DNA of 64,000 nt from Leptogorgia sarmentosa (Eukaryota): positions 2,728,001-2,792,000 of the forward strand of contig OZ210884.1 in the NCBI GenBank assembly GCA_964658305.1. The letters are read 5' to 3'. Position numbers and translations under genes: made by a program. The notes beneath the pieces were generated by a model that did not search any database, was not told the origin of the DNA, and worked only from the letters and a program-made list of their open reading frames with translations. This document shows positions 51,701 to 64,000 of the stretch, piece after piece. The first letter of the stretch is position 1. Every line of letters starts with the position of its first letter.

Positions 51701-52590
51701 AAAAAAAGAATACTACCGCTTACTGTCTTGAATTTTCGTGCAACCTTTCGCAAGATTTTTTATTTAGGCTATTAAGAGGAAAAAACTAATGCCTGAGGTG
51801 GTAAAATGTCATATCATTGCCATAGTTACTTCTCAACTCCCACATGGCGCTTTACTTCGACCTTTGCTCTCTATCCTTTGTGCTCACATATCATTGGTCG
51901 GTCAATATATTTGAAATATTTGAACTTCGAACGACTGGCAAAGGTGTAGTTGCAGTATATTATAATTTACATATATTTTTAGATCCTAAAAATGTGTTCC
52001 TATATAAGTCCTATCATAGAATCACAAAACTTGTTTATACTATAAAATAAACAGCATATGACTAATTTATTTTGGTTACGTATTTACTGTCAGTGTGCGA
52101 ATGCGTTCACAGTCATATACTTGAATAAATTTTTAACATGGATTATATAAGGTCATAAAATATTGAACAGCGTATAAATATAGGACATATGTATGGAAAC
52201 AGTCTAAAAAATGTACATATTTGATCTATAGGGTAAGCCACAATTTTACAAAACGCTCCCGCCATTTTCATGCAAAACTTAACATAAGAGTAATCTAATT
52301 TCATGTAGAAACCAAGTCCAAGTGTCTTCTGTAAGCGGTTGCCGCTTAGCAGTTGTCCTTAATAAACAAAAGTTCTGTTGACACTATTAATACTAAAGCA
52401 GATGATAGCATTAGTCTAACCAAACATCGCCCGGGCAAGCCATTATATAGTAATGCAAACACGCCATAAAAGTGTCGCACTACAAACCACAAAAAATTAA
52501 GAATTAATTTGCGATTATGGGTTCTGCTTTCATAACTAAAAATACGTTAATGCCACAAGGGAAATATTGACGCAAATTTCGGGCGGGTAT

Positions 52591-55500
52591 ATGAAGACTA
52601 GAGTGATTATGTCGCTCCTAATGAAGAGATGGAAGAAGCGGAAAACAAATTTTCGTTCCATTTTTCACCAGGAAGATTTCTTACGCGAAAGCGACAGTTC
52701 CATTGAGAAAGCTGTGTTTTGGTCATCGAATTTCCTCTCCATTCCAACATCTGGAAAAAGCTTGCTCAACCTAAAATCCACTCAAGAAAGATGTCTCAAA
52801 GAGAAACTCAGCAAAATGAAGATCGTTATAAATGTTGGCGGGGAAAGATTTGTCGTAGCTTACAAAACAATAAGCCTGTACCCCGACACTTTACTCGCGA
52901 CGCCAGAGATCGACAGATATTACGATAAAAGGAAGAAGGAATACTTTTTTGATCGCGACCCGGACATGTTCAGGTAATTTCGGATTTAATTGAATGTGAT
53001 CGAGCAATAAGCATGGATGAAATAACTCGCTCGGAACTTATTAGCAACATTATAATCTAATTTACAGACATCTTTCATGATTATTTAATTGGGCGTGACG
53101 CGGCTACTTCATGTACGCGAAAAATTGATGTTTAAAGGAAAGGAGCAGAAATTAATTTTAAAATCCTTTTCAATTCTCTTGTTATAGTTTAGAACACGTA
53201 TTTTTATTTTTACAACTTTCTCTAGACGAGATTTTATGGCACAGATTGCTACCTATGATAAGCAAACCAATCATAACGTAAAATGCCTGCATGTTGACAT
53301 ATTTTTAGTTCGGCAACCTTCTGACGTATATCGAAATTTGTTGTCGCCAAAGTCTTAATTTATTCATAAACTTTAGAGGATCAGGTTCGAAACTGCTCTT
53401 AATTAAAGATACTCCTAGCTCGCTGTTTCAGTCGAAATGATTATCATCGCTGCGTTTTCTAATAGAGATTCTGGATACAAAGTTCGCTGGAATTAAACGA
53501 ACGCCGCTATAGAATTTTGAAAATCAATCCACTGTGATGCGCTCCAAAGTTTATTTACAACAAAATTTCAAAACAGGAATATAAATGTGCAATACACATT
53601 TCCTATGCATACTGACATTTTCCCCCCATCTTTTTAGTTTTCAGAAGCAAACATAATTGTCACCTGATGCAATTTTTCCCAAATTTCATAGCCGCAAAAA
53701 CATATCTTGACTCACCAGGTTCACATGGCTTCCAAAATTTACTTTTTCGGACTCTTTCATGCGCTTTCGACGAAAAATCGCGTCCTGTCGGTGTGGACCT
53801 TAATAGTCGTGTTGTTCGACAGTCTTGCAGGACTGCAATGCGTTTATTACTTTTGTTTTCCGTATTTCGATGACCTTATCCTTATACTTATAATATACAA
53901 TTTATTCTTTGCCAACGCCCAAGTAAAGCTATCACTGAACTGCTTCCTCCAATAGGTATGTCTTCAAATTTTACACCCAAGATAAAATTCATTTTCCGAT
54001 GGACGAATGCATCCAAGCGTTGATCGACGAGTTCAAGTTTTTTCGCATACCGTTGGACATCATAAAGGATTGCTGCTACGCGGAGTTCCATCTAGAATAC
54101 GAGAACAACTCGAATTCGACGAAGTTGGCCAAACAAAATCGACCTGCGCGTCCATCGACCACGTCAGCGACCAAAGACACACCGACTACAACATCGCCAA
54201 ATTATGTGAATCGGTTTCGAGATTTGCTGCTTGGCCCCTCCACAGGTGAATGGAAAGCAGCGACTCGTGCAGTACTACTTTGTGTTATATTCAATATAGC
54301 GGGCATGGTACTTGAGACGTTACCCTGCAGCAGCAAATCCGAAAATTGTGGCGAGTTATACGCGAGGACATTCTTCATATCCGACGCCATTTGCGTCTGT
54401 ATTTTAACCACGGAATTTGCTGTGACACTGGCAAGAGCGCCGAGAAAAAGGGAATATTTTTGTCAAGTACCGAACATGGCGTATTTTGTTTCGCTCGTGC
54501 CAGCTTACCTGACGTGGTTGCTCTATATCGTCCTTGGATTTGGGAACATTCCTGGACCACTAGATGATATGTTCAAAGCGCTCAGGGTGTTTCGCGTTGT
54601 GAAGATTGCCAATTCGTCCTCTCATTTGCGCGAGACAGTTGGGCAAATCGTGTCAGCCGCGCGAGGCCTAGCACTGGTTTTGCTCACCTGCACCATTGCT
54701 GTGATAGTCCTGTCAGTGTTGCTATATCATCTTGATGACTCATGTCCGCATGTTCCCATGGGAATGTGGTATTTCGTGGTCACTATGACGTCATTAGGGT
54801 AAGTTGAATTATCGCTAAAATAATTTTTCTTCACATATATAACTAACAAATGGCGCTCAAATTTCGGAACAGCACCAAAATAGTCGACTGTTGTAAATTC
54901 ATGTCGCCAGGACCACGATCGAAGGTTTGTTCAACAGCGAATACTTTAAAAGTGAGATACAGAAAATGTCTTACATTGCCATGACAACCACGTACGAATC
55001 TCATTAGCACACGAACATTCAAAAATGGCGGAAACTGTAGATATCAATATTACGAGCGCGTATTCTCGTATTGATGTATTCTTGGCTCGGTAATTTCTAT
55101 TTTCCGTATAATGTATCGTTTATATACCCTCCGCTCGGGTGATTCGACGAAATATTACCCGAAGATCATGGTATTTCCTTCTGGAAATACCTAGCCCGCG
55201 CGTGCACGCAGTCTCAACGGGGGAGGGGAAACTATAGCTACGGGTTCAAATTATCGGATCAAATTAAAGAAAATGTTTACGTATTCCCCCAACAGTGATT
55301 TTGAGCTCGTAATTATCTAGGTGTTGATTGTTGTACTGGCCTGCATGGTAAAACAATCCATTCGTTTTTTCTAGTCGTCCTAGATCTCCAAACGTATTTG
55401 TTAATATTTGCAAATATTTTCCTTTCTTTAGGTATGGCGACTACGTTCCATCTGGGACTATGGGAAAACTTCTCGGAGCTGTAGGAGTTCTATTGGGAAT

Positions 55501-56115
55501 ACTCGTAGTTTCCTTACCCGTCCCAATTATACAAAATAAGGTATAGTAAGTGAAATATTTTTGAAAGAAACCTCCATTTCTCCGTCGCACATTTTAGGTT
55601 CCTGCGGCAGATTTTCATGTATTGTGAGGTTTTCACAAATGCCATGTCAGAGGGCTTGCTGCACGTTTTAGGAGGCACATTATAGTTGGCCGTATTGATT
55701 GGTTCACTCATTCCTCCATTTGTTCAATGATTCGAAACTGGGTCAAAAATGACCGAATTTTGTCACAATTGGGAATGAAATGGGGATCGACTTTCTCCAA
55801 TATTCTCATATTGGTAAAATTGGGTACCATGTTGTCCCCGCCCTTTTTCACGACCGTGTCGCATATTGTCTAAAGAAATTTTTCATTTTGAAAACGTACA
55901 GTATTGGCGAATTAGCAGAGAGCAGTTCTGAAATTCTAACTTCTGCTTAGATTGGAGCAAGCCTAGATGATGACCCCGAACCTGAAACGGACGAAATAGT
56001 CCTGGACAGTTTGTATCCACCTGATTTTAAGTACAGACAGCGTCGATTGTCCCGTATGTTCAGCTTGGAACATAGAGTGTTATCAATGAAGAAATCCATG
56101 GAAGATCTGATTTGA
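52591..56115 (+). CDS. Shal: Gene E: voltage-gated K+ channel, Shal/Kv4 family, divergent; exons 52591(or 52816)-52973, 53956-54798, 55432-55540, 55951-56115
   Basis: T1 domain INVGGERF..EYFFDRDPDMFR with the HX5CX20CC Zn motif (HFPMDEC..DCC); S1-S2 linker ETLPC..CGE typical of Kv4; S4 KALRVFRVVK; pore TMTSLG/YGD split by an intron; S6 LPVPII. The start codon and last exon are less certain, since read-through at 55541 gives an immediate GTA TAG. Confidence 0.88.
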
Positions 56116-57167
56116 CGTTGCAGTACATCTTTTCAGACAGACGGCTACCAGAGGCCGACTGGCCCATAGTGATACCAGGAAGTTGCCCGGTGCTCCCCCC
56201 TATATATTTAATGTTTTTGTGCCCCCCCCCCCCACTCATATGTTTTGGCATATCAATAATGTATTAATTGTTTACATTAAGTAACATCGAATCTAAATAC
56301 GCCTGATTTGACAGGAGTCTGAAAACGCCATATCCGGCGAACTAAGGCTGCAAATTTTCAAAAATTTTCCCGCTCGACGGCAACTATAGTGATGCCTCCC
56401 GAGGGGCAGGATCTCACACATGGTTTCGAGGTGTCCCCATTCTAAGGATTTCAAAAATAGCTTTCACTCCCCAAATCCTTGTACAAAGTTATGCCCCTGC
56501 AGAGGGTACTAAACCACGTCATTCAGTTTGAAAAAAGCATATACAGTACGGAGCCCATTTCCTAAGTTTCCCGGTCGAATTAGCACCTGTCCGCCCCTGA
56601 CGTCGGCTACAGTGGGTAAAAATGCTTGATTACCATCTCGAACATGAATTTCCACTCGTCCTTTATAGAAGATTAGAACGTGCATGAAAATATGCATAAA
56701 TATAATATTCCATTAAAGTGTGTTCAGAATCGCAAGAAACAATGACCATGGTGCCATAAAATGCTTATATTTTCATGTTACGCAGTCACGAAAACGGTTC
56801 GGGTTAGATGGGGATGGAGTTAGGCATTACCTTGAAGTTAATGTTACATTTGTGGGGATAGGATATGATAGAAATGAATTAGTGGGCGTAACATGGAAAT
56901 ATAACCCATGAAATACTCGTGCCATCCCCTCTTAGCGCGCACGCAATGGTCACGAATTTATATAAGGAAAACATGTACAAGATCTGTTCTTATTTCAAAA
57001 TTTAAAACGTAAGATAGAATGTAAAGTTCATTTGGGAAAAAAAATAACGCTAAAAGGCGACAGGAATGTACGACGTAGTGAACTATGTTTAAAATTCCTC
57101 TTTCCCTTTTTGATCTGAATATTCCTCACTCTAACGCAAGTCAATGCTAGGCAGCAAATGAAAATTG

Positions 57168-57327
57168 CAGAGGCCGCGGAAGATCGATAATCGAAGGGTT
57201 GGGGCATATATTCATATTCTTGTTCACGGCAGACCGTGGAAATATTTGATTTCAAAAGAAAATAAATAATGCAAACCACGAATACATGAATATGTGACCC
57301 CCAATTATCGACCTTCCACGGCCGTTC
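57168..57327. mobile_element. hAT-like MITE, same family as 37877-38042, upstream of alpha-galactosidase
   Basis: Shares the left terminus CAGAGGCCGCGGAAGATCGATAAT; the right terminus is degenerate. Confidence 0.75.
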
Positions 57328-57584
57328 GAATTGTGAAGTTTGTGTGGTACATAAAAACAACATTAAATGGGGGTGGTGGGGAGGGGAGAGAAACTATTAA
57401 ATATTAATGTTTGTAAATATTAACACTGTCGTCCTAAAATTGAACCATTGGAGTCGCAACCACTTCAGAAAATGATTGAAGCTTGATCGCTTACTGATCC
57501 AGTTTTATTTTGAGATCAGTTAGTTTTGGGGACACACAACATCAAGTACTTCCGAAAATAAACATTTGCCTTCGAAATTGCAAC

Positions 57585-60500
57585 ATGGAGGGTAAAAAAT
57601 CGGCTGTTGTTTTCCTCTGCTTTTTGACTTTTTCCCTGATCGACGCTCTCGACAATGGTCTAGGATTGACTCCGCAAATGGGCTGGAACTCGTGGAATCA
57701 TTTCGCGTGTAACATCAACGAAGAAATCATCTCAGAAACGATACAAGCGTTGTCAACTTCGCCACTTCGCAAAGCTGGTTACGAATATGTCAACATCGAC
57801 GACTGTTGGGCGGTGAACCGGACCGCCGATGGCAAGATACTCGTCGATTCTAAGACCTTTTCCAAAGGCATAGGCTCCCTGGCCGATCTGGCACATTCTA
57901 AAGGGTTGAAGTTCGGCGTATACAGCGACGCGGGTCTCAAAACATGTGCTGGTCGCCCTGGCTCGTTGAATCACGAGACTTCAGACGCTAATACTTACGC
58001 AAGCTGGAATGTCGACTACCTCAAGTACGATAATTGTTTTACCGACGGATCTAAACCTGAACACAGATATCCGATCATGAGGGACGCATTAAATAAGGTA
58101 TAAATACAGTATATGTATACATAGCATAGTTTTGCCTCAAAACGTTGCCCTTTGCCACCACTAACAGCGTGTTTCGTCCAAGGGGAATCGTCAGGTCCAA
58201 AAATGGCCTTTTATAGCTAAATAACTTGGGGCTGAGTCATACATATATACTAGCTTTTACAGGCTAAATAACTTGCAGCTAAAGACTGGGATCTAGTCTG
58301 GGAACTGTGATATCTTATATTATATCTTATATACCCCTATCCTACAGTTATATTTGAACCATAGGCGTTCTATAATTGTACCATGGACTGGATTCCCTTA
58401 GGCAATTGGGTAAATCATCATGTGATAAAGCCAACTTCAATATGTGGCTAATGTAGTTAGTGCATCAGGTACGTAGTAACATCAACAGGGCCGCAAAAGT
58501 TCCACTAACTACCTGAATAGTACCATAGGTAGCCCAAATATACACTTATTTTTGTGATATTTAACTTAAAAGTCATTAAAATAATGACAGTGTATCTTTG
58601 AATGTCGTAGTCTGTCATTCCAGGCATTATTTACAAAAAACAAGTGTATATTTGGGCTACCTACGATAGTACAGGCAGATTTAACATTTGAGATAAAATC
58701 AGGTTTAATGTTTGGACGTCTTTACTAGTGTATGTATTAGTGAGCGATAGAGCCTAGAGTTGCGGAAAAAACGCAATTGAATTAAGTACTTGGCTTTGTT
58801 TGCAAAATATCTGTGTGCAAAACAACTTAAGTGGGTGAATCTGCCAGCTTCTCCCTCAACCCACTTGCAGGCCTTCTCACACTAAATAGACATTAATTAC
58901 ACTTGCTCCCATCAACTATCTCTATAGCTCAGTGGTCAGAGCATATCTTTGATTTCTACAGCAGGATATTTTAGTTGATGAATTTTTCAACATTATTTCC
59001 AGTGTTGGAATTGCCACAATTGTACATATAGTTTGCACTCAATACTAATATTAACCCACCAGTGAGTGTTTACAGGGCTTAAAGTCTGGGTTGTTCCATT
59101 TAAAGTAAAATCCTAGTCATTCCCAGGAAACTTCAAAGTGCTGAGTAAACAATCACTATCCAAAATAATTGAATACTAGAAATACATACATGCAGCAACC
59201 CCTCACTCTCAGTCCAACTATATTTTAGCAACATGAAGTAGTTGGACATTGTTATTGTTATAATAACTACATGGTAATTCATGTATTTCGGTTTATTTTT
59301 TAAAACTGAAGAAATAATTGCTAAAATAACAGTTTTTAATTAACCTGGTTTTTACAGTACTGTGCAAAAGTTATAGGCACCTCGTGAAAAAGCATTTGAC
59401 GCCATCTTATTGTAAACTTATAATCGTATAAGTTATGATTGCCATTTAGTCTTTTTTTCTCGTTCACGGTCTTTTTTCTCGTTCACGGTCTTTTTTCTCG
59501 TTCACGGTCTATACTAAGTTATAATTAACTTATAATCGTATAAGTTTACAATAAGATGGCGTCAAATGCTTTTTCACGAGGTGCCTATAACTTTTGCACA
59601 GTACTGTATGTCAAACTAATGTCACGTTAAATTTGATCTAAAATATCCGCATAGGACGTTTTCAAATGTTTTTAAAAGAACCTATAATTATAGTCTATAC
59701 CTAGTTTCCCAAGAGATGTTGGTATTCCTTTGTATCTGTCTTAGCTTGAGAAATATATAAATGAAAACATCCATCCAGTTTCCTATATGCAGCTCACGCA
59801 CGCGTGTGACGTACGCAATGTATGTATGATATTATGATAAGGTTTAAACTAAATCTATAATTTCGAAAATTTACGGATACACTGCCACATAAGTATCGGC
59901 AAAACATCGAAACTTAATGAATAAATGCAAAATAAACATTGATAGTAAATGTATAGTTTGATGTTTTTACTAGCCTCCACGTAATTTTTTTTTGTCACAA
60001 ACAACCCGCGAAATAACAGAAAATGCGTAAAGTCTTTCTTGTTTTGATGAATTTTTCATCAGCAAATAATTTTAAAACAACTGCGAAAAACGTTTCGTGA
60101 AAAACGTTTCGCCAAATTTCATAAGTCCGTCTTACGATAAGTACATGTACAGTATATACAAAGCATTTACACTATCGATATTTGAATACGCCACAAATGA
60201 GTATAGACTTGGACCAAATTCGTATTTTATTTTTATGTGCCGTTCTACCATGGGTTCTACCATCTTTGTATTAGGATTTTTCAACCAATGTAAAAGATTG
60301 AAATGAGAAAAGTATAAATTCATTGATCCTGCATGCATGGTGCCCCCCTGTTCAGGAAAGATCTTCATGAAAATGAAAGTGTCCAATAATTTGTGCGCAC
60401 CTGTAGGTTGTGACTCAATTCATTTTCAGTGTCAATAAACATAGCGTACTAGAAATACATACATGCAGCAACCCCTCGCCTTACTAACCAATGCAACTAT

Positions 60501-63500
60501 ATTTTTATATTTAATGCAACTATATTTTTGGAACATGAAGTACTACAAAGGCTGCCTGAGGTTGTTGTCATGGCAACACGATCGGAAATTCATATTTCTG
60601 TAATTTTTTGAAGCTGTCAAATATCAGCTTTTATCTTTGTTTTATTGGCATTTTTTTAAAATTTCGAGAACCATTTGCTTTCCGTACGCTATTAGGACTA
60701 ATATAAACTTGAATTTGGTGCGAAATACTACATTTATTTGCATAAAACGGTTTAATTAAGTCAGTCTTTGATATGAAAAAATTTCCAGGCAGTGTTCGCT
60801 CGCGTTCTTTTGGAGTAAAGTTTGTAAATATTTTGTGAAGTCTTGCCTTTAAAATGATAAAATTATACTCTGGATTTGAGCCGTGAATAGATTAAATGCA
60901 GCTACGGCGACCTTTCATACATACAAATAGTAGACTGTAGATAGTAAATACGCAAAACAAAAGTTCACTGCCGGCAACCTATTGACGAACTTATCTTGTG
61001 TTTCAATCCGTAGTCGTTTGTTCCCTTTCTCAGCGTTTTATATCTTCTGAGAAGGCTTTCCAAGTCTTACAGCGTAGGTCTTGTCTTTGTTTTCGCCTTT
61101 CCAAAGGCCCAAAAGCTTTAAAAAGCTTTGGCTCTTCATGATAGTCCAGTAGTCCGCCATATTTTTGAGATCAGTGGTGACCACCCTTCGACGATGACCC
61201 AAAATGGCCGCCAAATCGAGCAACTTTGAACTCGCTATGCGGAATTATTACCCTCGCCCCGGGCTAACGCCCGGATGGCGCTTCGCGCCGTGGCTCGGGG
61301 ATTACCCTGACCACTCTCCCCCTTTTAATGCACCGCTCCTTATTTCCCTTTCGCAAACGGTCTTTGCCATCCCTACTCTCGTTTTAAATGTTGCCTAAGG
61401 CATTTCCACTATAAATATTTTTGTTTTCGATGATTTTCAGACGGTTAGACAAGCAGTGTGCATGCGTCGTAGTTGACACTTTTCTCGAACTCGAAACGTT
61501 AACACTTTTTCTCGTTGCTTTTCCAATTGTTATGGTTAGGGTTAAAATTTTAGGGTTTCGTTTGGGATTAAGCGTAGTTTATATTTTGAAATTTGTCATA
61601 AACCAGGCGAAACGCGAGCAGGCATAGCAATTACCGTTTAAGAAAGAGAAAATTTCGGCGCCACTAGCTTTGCCATTTTCCCACCTATACATTCCTAAAT
61701 ATTCCTTGTAAAATTTAAACCCCTGCTTAATATTTTATATCGTTGCAGACTGGTCGACCGATATTCTTTTCCATGTGTGAATGGGGTGTTGATGACCCAG
61801 CAACATGGGCTGGAGATGTTGGGAATAGCTGGAGGACTACGGGGGATATTAACGACAGCTGGGAGAAGATGATCTCTATTGCTGATCAAAACAACAAGTG
61901 GTGGAAATACGCAAAACCTGGTGGTTGGAACGATCCCGATATGCTGGAGGTATTACTGTTTAATATGCATGTAATATAATTTAATACCAGTTGAATTCCT
62001 CGATTACGTACACGTTTTGAAGTAGGAAAATTAATTATTTAACTTCACTCGGATAGAAATGAAGGTAATAACTCCGCACGGCTATAGACACCCGGATAAA
62101 ATACGGCATAGCAGAGTTCGGCGCCATCTTTGGTCATGATAGGGTGGGTGGTCATCACCGCTCTCAAAAATATGGCGGACTATCATGAAAGGCGAACACT
62201 AAGGATTTCGAAAAGACAAAAAGAAAGGCGAAAACTATTGCTGCAAGACTATAAAAGACTATTTCAAAATACTAACGAACTTTGGATATAAAAGAATACA
62301 TATATGTTATTTACCGGCTTCGCTCGGTCCGGATAAGGGAAAACCGGACCGAGGTCATGCAATGGCTCGAGGCCGAAGGCCGAGAGCCATTGCATGACCG
62401 AGGTCCGGTTTTTCCTTATCCGGACCGAGCGAAGCCGGTAAATAACGTTTTTATTTTTTTGGTCCGGTATACAATCATCAAATTTTAAGAAATTTTGGTA
62501 AAGCAAGCGTGTATATTCAAGAGTTTGGCGGAATCTTTACCGTTTTATTGTAAAATTATATTTGTGCGCGTGATTTGCACACGTCTTACATTATCAATTC
62601 GAAATTTTATAACAACATTTTCCCATTTATGGTAGAAAGCAAGCCATATTTGGCAAGTCAGTTAAATAATCAAAATTATTATTCACTTTATAGTATTCTC
62701 AATTTTGATTGGTCAATTTACCTGCAAATAACTGCGTGCAAATAATAGTCTGAGCATGCGCATTTGTTAAAAAGGTTGCTCACCTGCAAATAATAGTCTG
62801 ACCATGCGCATTGCGTCACTTTTTTGTAAACAATGGCGGCTCGTTTTCCTGAACTATCAGAAGACGAGCTGTCTTGTTTACTAGAGGAAAAAAATTCAGA
62901 TGGTACAAAAAAAGCCACCAAAACGGCCGTCAGTGTCTTCCCGGCAATATTTAAAAGAAAGAAAAATTTAAAAGAAGAAGGTTTTTTCTGTAAACCAGTA
63001 TTATTTTTTTATGAAATAAAATTTGTATGTAAAGCTCGTTGTATACGTCTACCTTGTAAGTATGCTTTGTAAGTGAATAATAAAACAATTATTGGACGAG
63101 ATCTCGCAAAATATCGCGATTTTGTCGATGGCTCGCAGATCAATTATTTGCCTCTGCCTTCGGCATCGGCAAATAATTGATCTGCTCGCCACCGACAAAT
63201 CGCGATATTTTGCTCGACCTCGTCCAATAATTGATAACTATTCGTCAGATTAGTTTAAAAAACCGTTAGCGGTCCGGTTGTGCGGTCCGTATCGTGAAAA
63301 ACCGGACCGCAAACGAAGCAATCTGATTGGCTAAAAGGCATGGATACCGGACCGGAAAAAAATAAAAACGAATCTTGGCTTAAAGTGGTTATATTTCAAA
63401 CATGAAATTTGGGTAAAATGAAAATATAGTTTCTTAAAGTTAAAACATTCCAAAACGTCTTATGCGAATATTTTACATGAAAGTTAAGCTTAATGACATT

Positions 63501-64000
63501 GGCACTAACACTTCCAATTTTGCTTTTACTTTAATTATAATACTAAATCCATAATAAATCAATTCGTTCGCATCTATCAGAGAAAAAGAGAAAAAGACAC
63601 CGGAAAATCACAGCCACTATTGCACGTGTAAACGAGCCTTTAGAGACGTCTAGTTCTATTCATTTTTTTCAGGTTGGCAATGGGAAGATGTCAAATACGG
63701 AGTACATCACACATTTCAGTTTGTGGTGCCTTATGAAAGCACCGCTTCTGGTTGGCTGTGACATACGAAACATACCTGAGGCAACGATGGACATACTAAC
63801 CAACCCTGACGCCATAGCCGTGAATCAAGATGCAGCCGGTGTCCAAGGTCACAAGGTTCGCACCGACGAAGACTTAGAAATTTGGGCTGGACCTTTGAAG
63901 GATGGTAGTATGGCCGCCATCTTGTTAAACCGTGGTACAGTGAAAGATGAGGTTACAATAACAAGTGCAGATTTGGGTTGGGAAGATAGCGACGAATTTA
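57585..64000 (+). CDS. Gene F: alpha-galactosidase (GH27), secreted or lysosomal, 3' end outside window; exons 57585-58097, 61749-61949, 63673->64000
   Basis: Signal peptide followed by [33 protein letters not shown] (nucleophile), [15 protein letters not shown] (acid/base), [12 protein letters not shown] and [17 protein letters not shown]. Introns are phase 0 GT-AG. Confidence 0.95.
59355..59606. mobile_element. Tc1-like MITE, almost entirely palindromic, with three central 19-bp repeats
   Basis: TA|CAGTACTGTGCAAAAGTTATAGGCAC...GTGCCTATAACTTTTGCACAGTACTG|TA; the centre is (TCTTTTTTCTCGTTCACGG)x3. Confidence 0.9.
62305..62447. repeat. Near-perfect ~140-bp palindrome
   Basis: GTTATTTACCGGCTTCGCTCGGTCCGG...GGCCGAAGGCC...CCGGACCGAGCGAAGCCGGTAAATAAC. 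Confidence 0.9.
62685..63235 (+). mobile_element. Crypton-like non-autonomous element nested in another hairpin element (62305-63360)
   Basis: [39 protein letters not shown]; terminal hairpin at ~63085-63234 centred on GCCTTCGGC. Confidence 0.6.

Noticed and set aside
46200..52500. Long interval between gene D and the Kv gene, including a 131-aa ORF at 49265
   Set aside because: No supported coding signal; it may hold UTR exons of either gene that cannot be resolved by eye.
58921..58945. tRNA-like TAGCTCAGTGGTCAGAGC
   Set aside because: Only a D-arm/A-box fragment with no anticodon or T arm; probably a SINE or repeat relic.
62264..62506. Near-identical ORFs on opposite strands
   Set aside because: Consequence of the palindrome.

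Overview
AT-rich, intron-rich animal genomic DNA; the repeat types and gene content suggest a marine invertebrate, probably a cnidarian (inference). Six spliced protein-coding genes were reconstructed by hand from GT-AG junctions. (A) 5746->746, minus strand: a secreted protein of signal peptide + VWC + 8-Cys cystine knot. (B) 11487->18873 and (C) 27158->33211, plus strand: paralogs of A. Both have lost the same knot disulfide pair and carry Thr/Pro-rich mucin-like exons, and C has lost the VWC. (D) 45175->34759, minus strand: a vWA + ZP-domain type I membrane protein. (E) ~52591->56115, plus strand: a highly divergent Shal/Kv4 channel that looks like a regulatory subunit. (F) 57585->beyond 64000, plus strand: a GH27 alpha-galactosidase of plant-like type. 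The most striking system is the A/B/C cluster, which the ORF track mostly misses because the exons are small. It looks like a stand-alone vWF/mucin C-terminal module evolving towards un-knotted mini-mucins, and a promoter module is repeated about seven times upstream of B and C. Introns and intergenic DNA are packed with MITEs (Tc1/mariner-, hAT-, Kolobok- and CMC-like), LINE 3' ends, a THAP fragment and many Crypton-like elements with a long terminal hairpin. All gene models are predictions without transcript evidence.
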